A stretch of DNA of 58,485 bases, counting the filler, from Limisphaerales bacterium (GTDB lineage: Bacteria; Verrucomicrobiota; Verrucomicrobiia; Limisphaerales; SIBE01): the NCBI GenBank assembly GCA_044225505.1. It is 3 parts of 2 records of this genome, joined end to end, with 100 filler letters (N's around TTAATTAATTAA, not from the genome) between each part and the next. Parts side by side here need not be neighbours in the genome. Positions count along the whole stretch, not along the records: positions 1 to 11,972 come from JBGAIN010000213.1; positions 12,073 to 30,663 come from JBGAIN010000009.1; 1 more part is not named here. One strand, written 5' to 3'. How positions within the stretch are numbered: the first letter of the stretch is position 1; the number at the start of each line of letters is the position of its first letter. Of the stretch, positions 9,901 to 19,927 are shown in pieces. The position numbers and the translations under genes are program-made. Below the pieces are notes generated by a model that did not search any database, was not told the DNA's origin, and worked only from the letters and a program-made list of their open reading frames with translations.

Positions 9901-10861
9901 ACCGTGGACCGTGCGTGGCGCATAAATCTTCAATGGCCCGGCGCAGCGGTGCGGTGTCCAGCTTCTCCAGCGCCGCGCGCGCCGTGCTCACGCGGTCTGC
10001 CTGCCTGGCCAGGCCCAGCGTTAATTCCAGCCAGGCGGGGTTTTCACCAGACGTTTTGTCCTCCACGAGCTGCGCCAGCCGCGTTCGTTCGCTCAGCGCC
10101 CCTGGCAAACCCTTCAACAGACCGCGAATGGCCTTTTCTTCCAGATCCGTTCCTGGCGCTTGCTGCAACCACGTTTCCAGGGAGAGGTGCTTCGAAAAGA
10201 GGGCGGCCTCTGCCGGATACTGACGCCGGATTCCAGCGACGATCCCGGCCTGCGAACCGACCAGGTTGTAGTAAATCCCACTGTCCCCGCTCCGGTTAAA
10301 GATCTTGATCAGGACCTGGTTCGTCCCCGCCACAAGGTTGGCCTGCACCGCATCCTGGCCCGGACTGGCCCCCCGAGGCACATCTTGCGAAAGCAGTTTC
10401 TGGCCGTTGCACCAAAACTCCATGCCATCGTCGCTGCCCAGCGAGAATGTGATCGGACAGGCGGCGTCGGACTGGATGGTCCGGTAAAAGTAAGTGGAGG
10501 TGCTGTCGCCGGCTTTCAACGGGGTGACCACGCCGTCGGCTAGTTCCTTGGTTTTCCAGACCTTCCGGCCGCTCTTGGCCTCTTCTTCCAAGTTCACGGC
10601 GCGCTCGGGAAACAACGCTTCCGAGAAGGCCGAAGCGCGGAGCGGCCCCGTCGTCGACCAGGCGGATTGGACCAGGCGCGGTGTGGCGCCGTTCGCCCGG
10701 AACGCCGCGCGTTGTGCTAACAGATATTCTACAAATGGGGATGAAGGCTCCGCCGCCCGGCTGGTCCAGGCAAGCAGTTGTGCGCTGACGATGGCCAGGG
10801 ACATCCCTTTCAGAACGCCCCGTTGGATCCCATGCCGCTGACCGGTTTTATACATATTCAT
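6937..10861 (-). pseudogene. Large secreted protein: HZS-alpha-like propeller/middle domain + two c-heme motifs + C-terminal FGE-sulfatase (SUMF1) domain, split by a frame break near 7985
   Basis: ORF 7970-10861 has a signal peptide, YLRWEYTD, MNPDGT, DGSAMFRIPANTPVAIQPLDEEGKALQQMRSW, CVGCH and CSGCH. ORF 6937-8043 supplies the FGE domain (PVIRVSW, LPTEAQWEWACRAG, PNAWGL, GNVAEW, RGGSW, VGFRV). The frames switch at GHHRVALDA|RRYETKL. Confidence 0.75.
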
Positions 10862-11699
10862 GAGCAGAATTCGTCATTCCGTTATTCTCACCGCGTTCGT
10901 GCCTCTCATCGCGCTCGTAGCCAAGCCGCTGTGAAATGCGCAGGGCATGGGTGCGGACCTGCCCGCCAATCCCGGGCAGATCCCCCTCGCCAATTCGATC
11001 GGTCGGACCGGTCGTCCAAATCGCGGCCAGCGGATATCCTTGCCCATTGAGAATCGGTGCGGCCACGCAATGGATTCCGGTTAACTGTTCGCCCCGATCC
11101 AAGGCGTAACCCGTCGCCACGACGCCCTTGAGTTCGTCTTCAAACGCGCTGCGGTCCGTGATGGTGCGGTCTGTAAATCGTTCGAAAGAAAGCCGTTTCA
11201 GCATGGCACGTCGCTCTTCCTCCGGGAGAAAGGCCAGGATCGCTTTGCCCGGCGCGGCGGTGTGAAGTGGCAGCCGGGTCCCCAGGTCGAGGGAGAACTT
11301 AAAGGGATGCGAACCCAGCACCTGTCCCAGGACCACCAGTTCCGTCTCGATGGTTGTCCCGAGCAGGACCGTTTCCCGGACCTGATCGCGCAACGCCCTG
11401 AGCACATCGATCGCCAGCGTTTGCAGATCTTCTTCCGCCAACACCTTGCTGCCCATCGCTAACAACTTCCGACTCAAGCGCAGTGTCTTCGTCTCTTCAT
11501 CCCGGATGAGGTAGCGGCGGTCCACCAGCGTCATGGTGATGCGATAGACGCTCGTTTTGCTGCACTTGAGATAATTGGCGATTTCCGTCTGCTGCAGCCC
11601 GCGGGGATGGTCCAGGAGAAGCTCGAGGATTTGGATGCCTCGTTCCAGGATAGGCACGTTATAACGCGATTCGCGCGGCAAACGGTGGCAAGACTTCAT
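10848..11699 (-). CDS. IclR-family transcriptional regulator
   Basis: N-terminal HTH (VPILERGIQILELL...KTSVYRI); PLHTAAPGKAILAFL; GYALDRGE..GIHCVAAPI. Confidence 0.92.
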   Translation of the reverse strand: MKSCHRLPRESRYNVPILERGIQILELLLDHPRGLQQTEIANYLKCSKTSVYRITMTLVDRRYLIRDEETKTLRLSRKLLAMGSKVLAEEDLQTLAIDVLRALRDQVRETVLLGTTIETELVVLGQVLGSHPFKFSLDLGTRLPLHTAAPGKAILAFLPEEERRAMLKRLSFERFTDRTITDRSAFEDELKGVVATGYALDRGEQLTGIHCVAAPILNGQGYPLAAIWTTGPTDRIGEGDLPGIGGQVRTHALRISQRLGYERDERHERGENNGMTNSAHEYV

Positions 11700-11972
11700 C
11701 TGATAGTGCCGACCAATTTCATGGGTGGAATCTTATTTCGTCCGTAGCATTAGAACAACCGTTGTGTAAGTCAATAGAGAATAAGTAAAAGCGTTCCAGA
11801 AGGGTGGATCTTGATAGTGCCACCAGGATCGCGGGATCTATCCTAATGCCATTCGGTAATTGCCTCCTGGCGCCCCGGATGGGGCAACTCGAGAATAGCG
11901 TTTTAACGCCGAGGTTGAATGGGCGCGATTCCAAGTCCCGACGGGACGGCCGAGGACGTGGCATTGAACGGA

Positions 11973-12072
11973 NNNNNNNNNNNNNNNNNNNNNNNNNNNN
12001 NNNNNNNNNNNNNNNNTTAATTAATTAANNNNNNNNNNNNNNNNNNNNNNNNNNNNNNNNNNNNNNNNNNNN
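11973..12072. other. Artificial contig linker (N44-TTAATTAATTAA-N44)
   Basis: N runs flanking a six-frame stop 12-mer at 12017-12028. Confidence 0.97.
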
Positions 12073-12127
12073 CTCCGATATCCGGTGCAGGTCGATCTTC
12101 CAGGGCAAGGGCTTATCCTCGCAAGGT

Positions 12128-12688
12128 TTAACGAGCCACAGCTTCCAAGGCTGAAACGACTGCTTCGGGAATTTCTGTGTGCTGATCCGTGGCCGCCACC
12201 GCTTCGACATTAACGGAACGCATTGCCAAACTCGTTAAGAGTCTGTCCATCTCCGCTTCGTCATCCAGCGTTTGCTGAAGAATTCGGGCGGCGTCACGCT
12301 CTCCCAGAATCTCGGCAAAAGTTCGCGCACAGCCATAACCAGCAATCTCGAAATGCTCGATTTTCTGCGCCGCGGCAATGAGGGCGGCGTCGAGAACGCC
12401 TGGGTCTGCCCACCTTTCCTCCTTGAGCAGGTCGTTGCACTCGGCGATGAGTCCAGTCATCGTTTTGCATGGATTACCCGTCGGCTCTGTACCTAAGGCC
12501 GCGAAAATGTTCCCAAGGCGATCGACGTGCGTTTGGGTCTGTTCAAGATGCCGGGCGAAGGCGTTCTTTAGCTCGGGCAGAATTGCGGACTCAGCGACCA
12601 GGGCCAAAGCTTTGAGTAATTGCGTCTCCGCATCGTATAGGTCACGGAGCTCTTCGATGTAAAGATGCTTGAACGAGTCGAGTTTCAT
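12128..12688 (-). CDS. YciF/DUF892 ferritin-like stress protein
   Basis: LYIEELRDLYDAETQL, HLEQTQTHVDRL and DAALIAAAQKIEHFEIAGYG motifs. Confidence 0.9.
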   Translation of the reverse strand: MKLDSFKHLYIEELRDLYDAETQLLKALALVAESAILPELKNAFARHLEQTQTHVDRLGNIFAALGTEPTGNPCKTMTGLIAECNDLLKEERWADPGVLDAALIAAAQKIEHFEIAGYGCARTFAEILGERDAARILQQTLDDEAEMDRLLTSLAMRSVNVEAVAATDQHTEIPEAVVSALEAVAR

Positions 12689-12935
12689 AAGCCAGTGAAA
12701 TGACGGTAGTGTTTAGCGGTCGGTTCCAAGACGGAACAATTCATTGACCGCAATTAAACCAACGCCATACGCGGAACTCCTGCAAGAGAGGTCACCCCTT
12801 CTTGTGGCCTCAGGCTTCGCCTGTGAAGGATGGCCGGTGACGGTGAAGCATCAAACGAAGGTTGGGCTTAAGGTGTTTAAAACTGCAAAAGCGCCGTCCG
12901 AATTGACGGCGCGAGGATACAACAGAAAAAAGGGC

Positions 12936-13637
12936 CTAGGCCTCTTGCCATTGGATGGCGTGCTGCACCAGTTCCATGGCGTTTTTCAGATTGAGCTTTT
13001 CCTTGATGTGCGCACGGTGAGATTCAATGGTTTTGATGCTGAGATGAAGTTCTTCGGCAATTTGACGGGTGCTATACCCCTTGCCGATTAAGCGAAACAC
13101 TTCTAACTCGCGATCACTGAGATCCTCGAGCGGTGAGCCAGTCCGGGCAGCGCGTCCTCCGACCAGCTGCTTCATCATCTTCTTTTCCATGTTTTCGCTC
13201 AACGAAATCTCGCCGTTCAGCACTTGGCGAACTGAAGCAAGAACCCGTTCCGCTGGCTCTTGCTTCATGATGTAGCCGGCCGCACCCGCGCGAAGCGCGC
13301 GCAGCGCGTAGAGCGTCTCGTCATGCATCGAAAGGACCAAGACCAGCAATTTTGGATAGCGAACCTTGATATTTTTCAATACCTCGATCCCATTGCTCCC
13401 TTTAAGTGAAATATCCAAAACCACCACGTCAGGCTTTAGCTTCTCGATGTGGTCCAGTGCCTGGTTCATTTCTTCGGCCGTCCCGCAAACGGTCAGGTCC
13501 TCCTCGTGATTGATCATTTCGGTGAGCCCCTCTCTCACGATCGGATGATCATCAACTAACAAAACCCGGCGCTTGGTTTTCTTTGGTCCGTTCGTGCGGT
13601 CCGGTTCTCGCTGAACTTTCTTAGTGATGGTGTCCAT
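12936..13637 (-). CDS. NarL/FixJ-family response regulator (REC + LuxR HTH)
   Basis: LLVDDHPIVREG, VVVLDISL, LSMHDE, LSDRELEVFRLIGKG and KTIESHRAHIKEKL motifs. Confidence 0.93.
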   Translation of the reverse strand: MDTITKKVQREPDRTNGPKKTKRRVLLVDDHPIVREGLTEMINHEEDLTVCGTAEEMNQALDHIEKLKPDVVVLDISLKGSNGIEVLKNIKVRYPKLLVLVLSMHDETLYALRALRAGAAGYIMKQEPAERVLASVRQVLNGEISLSENMEKKMMKQLVGGRAARTGSPLEDLSDRELEVFRLIGKGYSTRQIAEELHLSIKTIESHRAHIKEKLNLKNAMELVQHAIQWQEA

Positions 13638-13893
13638 GAAAGAGTCTTTGAACTGAGAAAACTTACGCAAGTTGCCCGGGTCTGTAAATCCGGTTGCGAC
13701 TGGAATGCCGCCTAGTGGAATCACGTAGGCGCAAAGCCGCTCGGCGGCTAAACCCCGATTCAATGACGGCCTTATGGATATAAAAGGTCCTGGCACCTTC
13801 GGTAAAATCTCGGTCGGGCTCGCCCTGAACGCAAAATCAGGTTGGGGAACTGATCCCCGCGGCGGAATAATACTAGTATACCATAGCTTCAAC

Positions 13894-14130
13894 ATGATGA
13901 CACACGAAGAAATCAGTAAGAAGGCACGCGAGATCTGGGAGCGTGAAGGCCGGCCAATCGGCCGTGACATCGAACATTGGCTCCAGGCTGAATTGGAGAT
14001 GCGCCAAGCTCCTGACGGCGACCAGGCTCATCAAAACCTCACCTCCCAAGACGCCGCGATGCTCCACGTTCCAGCGGCCCTAGCTCGCGAAGACTCGGGG
14101 CGTAAACGTTCCGCCCGGCGTTCGCGCTAG
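13894..14130 (+). CDS. DUF2934-family small protein
   Basis: EEISKKAREIWEREGRPIGRDIEHWLQAE matches the DUF2934 signature. Confidence 0.85.
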   Translation: MMTHEEISKKAREIWEREGRPIGRDIEHWLQAELEMRQAPDGDQAHQNLTSQDAAMLHVPAALAREDSGRKRSARRSR

Positions 14131-14145
14131 GCTCCACGACTCGCG

Positions 14146-14976
14146 TCACTGGAGTTTGACGCTCGTTCGATCTTTGAGCCACTCGTAGTCGGTCCGGGGG
14201 GACGCGGGGAATGTTCCTCCAACTCCCCCTTTCTGGGCTGGGCGGATGGTGTTGGCTAGAATCCAACGATGGATTTCCGTGTGGCCGTCCGCGAATGATA
14301 GGCAGGTAGCTCCGTTGTGATACGAGGCGGGTAGATTGCCCCAACTATACGTCTCCAGACGGTTCATAAAGAAACCGTCGTTGATCGTATCCTGGTGTTC
14401 GTCAAGAAAGACGAAAATACGGGACGGATCGAGTAGTTGGGTCGATTTGAAGAACTGGACGTAGCCCGGGTTAAACTGATTGGTCAGGACTCCGGGGTTG
14501 CCCACCAGGGAGTTCATGGCCATGCTGCGGTTTCTCGGGCCGGCGCCCTCGGCGACCGATCGGTCGGAAGGGCACTTAAAAACTGCAGCCGATTTTCCAG
14601 CATACCCGCCCAGCTTGGCCTCGGTCAGCAGGACGTTATTCGTGTTTTCAGCACTCCCCGTCCAATCGAGCACGTTGTTGACCCAGTTTTGGCGAGTCAG
14701 GCGCGTTTCGTCGATTCCATGGTTGTTCACGTACTCGTCCGCGTTGTCATCGGCATACAAAAACCAAGCCAAGTTCAGGTGCTTGATGTTGTTCATGCAC
14801 ATGATCGCTTGAGCCTTGGCTTTTGATTTGCTCAGGGTGGGGAGGAGAAGTCCCGCTAAAATGGCAATAATCGCGATGACCACCAACAATTCAATCAAGG
14901 TAAACGCTTTGCAGCCTCGTCTCGCTGCCGCGCTGATCAGGCAAGATCCGCCGCGTAACCAAAGCTGTTGATTCAT
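14146..14976 (-). CDS. Prepilin-type N-terminal cleavage/methylation protein with H-X9-DG domain
   Basis: [43 protein letters not shown]. Confidence 0.88.
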   Translation of the reverse strand: MNQQLWLRGGSCLISAAARRGCKAFTLIELLVVIAIIAILAGLLLPTLSKSKAKAQAIMCMNNIKHLNLAWFLYADDNADEYVNNHGIDETRLTRQNWVNNVLDWTGSAENTNNVLLTEAKLGGYAGKSAAVFKCPSDRSVAEGAGPRNRSMAMNSLVGNPGVLTNQFNPGYVQFFKSTQLLDPSRIFVFLDEHQDTINDGFFMNRLETYSWGNLPASYHNGATCLSFADGHTEIHRWILANTIRPAQKGGVGGTFPASPRTDYEWLKDRTSVKLQ

Positions 14977-15135
14977 GAAAAACCAATTCACCGACTTACG
15001 ACGGCTTTTGTCAAGGGCCGCGTCAGGCGTGCGGCGGGACGTCCGACATGGCCGGCAGGGACGGTGCCTCTCGAATTGGCCGAGGGGCGCCGTGGCTAGC
15101 TCTAGCGCCGGCCCCACCTGGACCGCGGCTGGTGC

Positions 15136-15588
15136 CTATCCCGTCGCTGGCTTAAACATTGCCAACAACTTGGCCTCGCGAAAGGCGAAGATCCGTTCCA
15201 CGTCGCGTGCGACAAAAAGTTTCTCGATTAACCAACCCCCTGGAGCCGCATAACGGACGCGATCCTTCGCGACTGTTCCGCCGTCTCTTTCCTCAAAAAT
15301 GTGTTCGTGAATCCACCGTCGATAAGGTCCGCGCCGCTGTTCGTCGACAAACCGATAGGGCGGATCCCACGCGGTGATTTCGCTCTGCCACCTCAGAGGG
15401 ATGCCATGCACGGAAAGGCGATAATCAATACGCAGGCCTTTCGCCATCTGGATAGGTTCCGGCGTGAGAATCGAAAAATGCAGCCACGGCGGCGTAATCT
15501 CCTCCAGGTTCGCCGCTCGTGAAAAGTACTCGAATACTTCCTCGCGCGCTCGAGGTAGCCAAATCTCACTTTCAAAAGTTCTTGCCAT
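15136..15588 (-). CDS. SRPBCC (START-like) family protein
   Basis: VFEYFSRAANLEEITPPWL, FVDEQRRGPYRRWIHEH and DVERIFAFR motifs. Confidence 0.85.
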   Translation of the reverse strand: MARTFESEIWLPRAREEVFEYFSRAANLEEITPPWLHFSILTPEPIQMAKGLRIDYRLSVHGIPLRWQSEITAWDPPYRFVDEQRRGPYRRWIHEHIFEERDGGTVAKDRVRYAAPGGWLIEKLFVARDVERIFAFREAKLLAMFKPATG

Positions 15589-15603
15589 GATTCACCCTAG
15601 CTC

Positions 15604-18018
15604 GTGCCAAAACCAAGCCGTCCCACACGCCGGCGCCCAGTCTCTTTGGAGCCGCTAAAGAGTCTGGCCGTCCATTCTTGCGCCGGTCCGTCGGTCCGAG
15701 TGCACAATCCTTCGCTGATCGCAGAAATCTCGGTCCTTGCGCCCGATCTTTTCCGGATTCGAGTTTCCCGGGGTGCCCAGTTGTCACCCGTTGCCTCCTG
15801 GGCTGTGGTGCCACACTTGCCGCTTGGCGTCCCCGCCGAGGTGATCACGCGTGCCGGGAAGGTAACCGTTCGCACTGAGCAAGGTCAACTGCGGCTGGAT
15901 TTGAAGAGCGGCGCCTGGCGATTGGAAGACAGATCCGGCGTGGCTGTTTTCGAGAGTCCGACCGAATCCACCGGATTCGCTGCGACCGAGGCGCGGGTCA
16001 CTCTGGCCTTGGCGGATAATGAAAGCATCTTCGGCGTCGGCGAATCGAGCGGCACTTTCAACAAGCGCGGGTTGATTCGGGATTTCTGGAACATCGATGT
16101 TGGAGGCCACAGCCGCACCGTTTATGCCGGACTTCGCCACCTGTACGTATCTGTTCCGTTCGCTCTCTCGTTGCGACACGGGCGAGCGGCCGGGATCTTC
16201 TGGGATAATCCCTCCCGTCAATCGTGGGACATCGGTCAGACCGAGTTCACGCGGTGGAAGTTGAGCGCGTCGGTTGGGGAAATTGATCTTTATCTGTTTT
16301 TGGGGCCGACCTGTGAGGCCGTGCTTAGCCGATTCACAGATTTAACCGGACGCATGCCGTTGCCACCTCTCTGGGCTCTGGGCTACCAGCAATGTCGCTA
16401 TAGCTACGAGACTCAGGCCAGGGTCGAAGAAGTCGCTCGCACCTTTCGGCGTCGGAAGATCCCGTGTGATGTTCTCTACCTCGACATTCACTACATGGAT
16501 GGCTACCGCGTCTTTACGTTTGGAACGCGTTTTCCGCATCCGGAAAAGATGCTGGCCCGACTGCGTGCGCAGGGATTTCACGTCGTGGCGATCGTCGATC
16601 CCGGAGTCAAGGACGACCCTCGATTTGCCGTGCTCCGTCGAGGCTTGAAGCACGATGCCTTTGTCAAAGCGGCGGATGGGAAGAAGGACTACCTGGGCGA
16701 AGTCTGGCCGGGCCGTGTCCGATTTCCCGATTTCTTAAATCCTCCTGCCCGCGCTTGGTGGGGGGAAGAACAGGGCCGATTCCAAGCGCGCGGGATTGCT
16801 GGATTCTGGAACGACATGAACGAGCCCGCGGATTTCTCAGCACCGGGAAAAGACTTTCCGGGCCGCTGCGTGCATCGGACCGCCAAAGGCCACCGGCCTC
16901 ACGCGGCCGTGCACAACGTTTACGGCTCCGAGATGGCCCGCGCCTCCTATGAGGGGGCATTGGCTCACGCCCCAAACCAACGTCCGTTTGTCATCACCCG
17001 TGCTGGCTATGCCGGGCTGCAACGCCATGCCGTAGTCTGGACAGGCGATAACGATTCTTCCTGGGAGCACTTGGCAGACTCCGTGCAGATGCTTCTGAAT
17101 CTGGGGCTGAGCGGCGTCCCGTTCTGTGGAGCGGACGTGGGCGGCTTCCACCATAATGCGACGGGAGAATTGTTGGTGCGCTGGACTCAGTTGGCAGCAT
17201 TCACCCCTTTCTTCCGTAATCACTCCAATATCGGCACGATCGACCAGGAACCGTGGGCGTTTGGTCCAGAGGTCGAACGCATCTGTCAGCGCTACATCGA
17301 GCTGCGTTATCAGCTTTTACCGTATTTCTACGGACTCTTCAGGCAGGCGCACCGTCAGGGCACGCCTATCATCCGACCGTTGCTTTGGCACTACCCCAAC
17401 GATCCCCTAGCCGTGGCCGCGGGCGACCAATTCTTGCTCGGGGCCGATTTGCTCGTCGCGCCCGTCCTGCGACAAGGGGCGGCCGCCCGAAGCGTCTATC
17501 TCCCTTCCGGAACTTGGTTCGATTTTTGGACCGGGGAAAGGTTTCGTGGTGGACGGCATATTCTGGCCGAAGCGCCTTTGGTCCAACTGCCGCTCTACGT
17601 CCGAGCAGGGGCCATCTTGCCGTTGGGACCTGTGCAACAATATGTAGGTCAACGGCCTGTCGACGTTATAAATCTGCACATTTGGCCAGGCACACGCGGC
17701 GAGCTAGGTTGGTACGAGGACGACGGACTCTCCTTGGATTACAAGGCGGCAGCCTTCTCGGACCGGCGGATTTACCATTCGATCCGCAACGGAACAACTC
17801 GTTTGCAGTTCGACGCTCCGGTCGGAGCATTCCCAAGCACGGTCAAGACATGGCGAGTGATCCTGCGGGCGGTCGCGCGTCCAATTCGTCCAAAGCTCGG
17901 CAAGACGCCGATCCAAGCGCTGTTTCACTCCGGCCAAAAGATTTGCGTTTTCGAAGTGCCCAATCCATCGGACCGAGTGGAAGTTTCCTGGAGAGCCTTG
18001 TCTGAGGAGAGGGGCTGA
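15604..18018 (+). CDS. Glycoside hydrolase family 31 (alpha-glucosidase)
   Basis: PLWALGYQQCRYSY, DIHYMDGYRVFT, catalytic WNDMNEP, WTGDN and GADVGGF motifs. Confidence 0.93.
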   Translation: MPKPSRPTRRRPVSLEPLKSLAVHSCAGPSVRVHNPSLIAEISVLAPDLFRIRVSRGAQLSPVASWAVVPHLPLGVPAEVITRAGKVTVRTEQGQLRLDLKSGAWRLEDRSGVAVFESPTESTGFAATEARVTLALADNESIFGVGESSGTFNKRGLIRDFWNIDVGGHSRTVYAGLRHLYVSVPFALSLRHGRAAGIFWDNPSRQSWDIGQTEFTRWKLSASVGEIDLYLFLGPTCEAVLSRFTDLTGRMPLPPLWALGYQQCRYSYETQARVEEVARTFRRRKIPCDVLYLDIHYMDGYRVFTFGTRFPHPEKMLARLRAQGFHVVAIVDPGVKDDPRFAVLRRGLKHDAFVKAADGKKDYLGEVWPGRVRFPDFLNPPARAWWGEEQGRFQARGIAGFWNDMNEPADFSAPGKDFPGRCVHRTAKGHRPHAAVHNVYGSEMARASYEGALAHAPNQRPFVITRAGYAGLQRHAVVWTGDNDSSWEHLADSVQMLLNLGLSGVPFCGADVGGFHHNATGELLVRWTQLAAFTPFFRNHSNIGTIDQEPWAFGPEVERICQRYIELRYQLLPYFYGLFRQAHRQGTPIIRPLLWHYPNDPLAVAAGDQFLLGADLLVAPVLRQGAAARSVYLPSGTWFDFWTGERFRGGRHILAEAPLVQLPLYVRAGAILPLGPVQQYVGQRPVDVINLHIWPGTRGELGWYEDDGLSLDYKAAAFSDRRIYHSIRNGTTRLQFDAPVGAFPSTVKTWRVILRAVARPIRPKLGKTPIQALFHSGQKICVFEVPNPSDRVEVSWRALSEERG

Positions 18019-18083
18019 GCAGAACTCAAAATGACCGGCGCCATCGGGAGAATGCAGCGCCGAAAAGCGGCACGGGCCCGGCA

Positions 18084-18584
18084 CTATGTGTCCAACGCCA
18101 GGCTGTCCTGCAGCACCGCCGAATCAATTCGCCGCTTTGCCGCTAGTTGGAAGATTACCCCTGTCTGAGCGTTCAACAGGGTGCTTGTGGCGTCCAGATC
18201 ACCTTGGAACTGTACGCGCCACGCGGATTGTAGGAGCCGCTCCAAGCTCCGCTGCAGCGCTCCGCGGTGAGCCCGCCGAAGGCGTCGGAGTTCATCGGCG
18301 CTCACCGGAAAGTTCGCCGAGAGATATCGCAGATCCGCGTCCGTCAAGATTTGCCGTTCGATGTCGTCAGACTGGTACAAACCCGAGGCATAGCAGTAGG
18401 TCAGAAGTGTGAGCAATACCCTGGGCAGCCCAGCCGGCACCGACCCGGTGGAGATGGGATCCTCACTTTGGACCGTTGCCACAGCGTCTAACGCGAGATC
18501 GAGCAACGTTTTGCCGCCCACCCATTCGCGCAAGTTCTCGGGCAACTCAAACAGCTCCGGACGGTAGTCGATGAATTCGTTCAT
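18084..18584 (-). CDS. Stand-alone transposase N-terminal (DUF772/IS1182-like) domain protein, no DDE domain
   Basis: PRVLLTLLTYCYASGLYQSDDIE...DADLRYL...LRRLRRAHR resembles the IS1182 N-terminus; only 166 aa. Confidence 0.65.
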   Translation of the reverse strand: MNEFIDYRPELFELPENLREWVGGKTLLDLALDAVATVQSEDPISTGSVPAGLPRVLLTLLTYCYASGLYQSDDIERQILTDADLRYLSANFPVSADELRRLRRAHRGALQRSLERLLQSAWRVQFQGDLDATSTLLNAQTGVIFQLAAKRRIDSAVLQDSLALDT

Positions 18585-18771
18585 ACGTCACTGCACTTTC
18601 AGTCCGTGAACCCTGCCTTGGGTTCCTAATTCCTGTGAAAACTATGGACCCTTAATATCTCGGTGGCGTGTCGCTAATGTTACATTTAGGTAAACCTTGG
18701 TTGGTCCAAATCTTCCGCGTGGATGGGGCCAACCGGCCCTTCCTTCGCGGGTTCTACGCTGGAAACGGGTT

Positions 18772-18852
18772 GAGAACAGGATCTGAACAGGATGAGACCA
18801 GGATCACGATGCTGGTCTCATAGGGGTCTCATCCTGTTCTCATAGGGTTCCG
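18772..18852. repeat. Palindromic array of 11-bp units (consensus GAGAMCAGGAT)
   Basis: Forward units GAGAACAGGAT, CTGAACAGGAT, GAGACCAGGAT; 4-nt spacer CACG; inverted units ATGCTGGTCTC, ATAGGGGTCTC, ATCCTGTTCTC, ATAGGGTTCCG. Confidence 0.8.
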
Positions 18853-19927
18853 AGCGTCCAAACTCCCTTACATTATGGGGCGCGGCTGTCATCGGAGGTT
18901 TAGCCGTAAGGCGCGGGCTGGCTCTATCAGGAAGCGCAGTTTCGGGAGCCGTTGCCGTGGTTCAGCGTCTGTAAAGCCCGGCGCTGGTGACGATTGTCAC
19001 CAGCGGCATTAGGTTAAGGCGGTCCCTAACAACCGTTGGAGAGGCCAAGATTTGTCGCACACTCTGTCCGCAAATTGTGGACGACCTGTAAGTTTCTCCA
19101 CCGGAGATGGATCCGTAAAGTCTGGCTCCGTTATCGATCACCAGCACCAGACACGTGGGCCTCAACCGGTTTTCCAGCGGCCCTGTTTATCGTTCGTTGC
19201 TCTTTGGCGGCCTGAGGACAGCGTGTAAACAGCCTGCTCACAGCGTCGCGACGCTGTGACGAAGCTGTGAGTAGCGAGCGACCAGGGGCCAAAAGGCGGC
19301 GGCGGGCGCCGAGGCAAGGGGCTCCGCCTTGGCCCCAGGATCTTGCGAATCTGGAATGGCTCTTAACCATTGCCCACCAGCATATTGGAGTGCACCAACC
19401 CACTCTCATCCTGTGGCGCTTTTTCCGTGGATTGCCCACGGGGCGCCTAGCCCCAATCCCAAAGAACATTCAGATGTTATCAGTCGTTAATATCGACGAG
19501 AATCCGAACCGGATGGAGAGAGTATGGCTGACCGCTGTGACGCAACGGCGAGAAATCAGCGACCCTCACGGCGCATAAACGAGCTCGAAAAGCTAATTTG
19601 AAGAGTGTGCTTTAACGATACCGAAATATGCAACTCAAAGAGCGGCAATATCTTACTCTGCCCAAAACAGCGCAAAAACCATCTCGGCGCAAGAATCCAA
19701 CGCCAGCCCTTTGGCGCTATTCCATCCAACGCGTGTGTAGCAATCCAAAATCGGCAACAGGTCACCGGTCTCGCGACTTCACTATTTGCCCTCGTGACAT
19801 AGGCCGACGGAAATCTGTGGATAGATTACTGAGTGTTAGGACATCCCCTCCTCGCGGATAACAAAGTTGTAAATAAATTATTAAAACTAATTGTATATTA
19901 ATTATAAAGTAGATATGTTGTGCTTCG

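Noticed and set aside
6937..10861. HZS-alpha similarity as evidence of anammox metabolism
   Set aside because: The context is sugar catabolism with an FGE fusion; no hydrazine dehydrogenase or other anammox genes in the window.
11973..12072. TTAATTAATTAA palindrome inside N runs (also at 30708-30719)
   Set aside because: Artificial six-frame-stop contig linker; not biological, and genes on either side are not true neighbours.
19025..19110. CCCTAACAACCGTTGGAGA...TCTCCACCGG resembling an isolated attC
   Set aside because: Only a short stem, no GTT at the expected R' position and no upstream cassette ORF.
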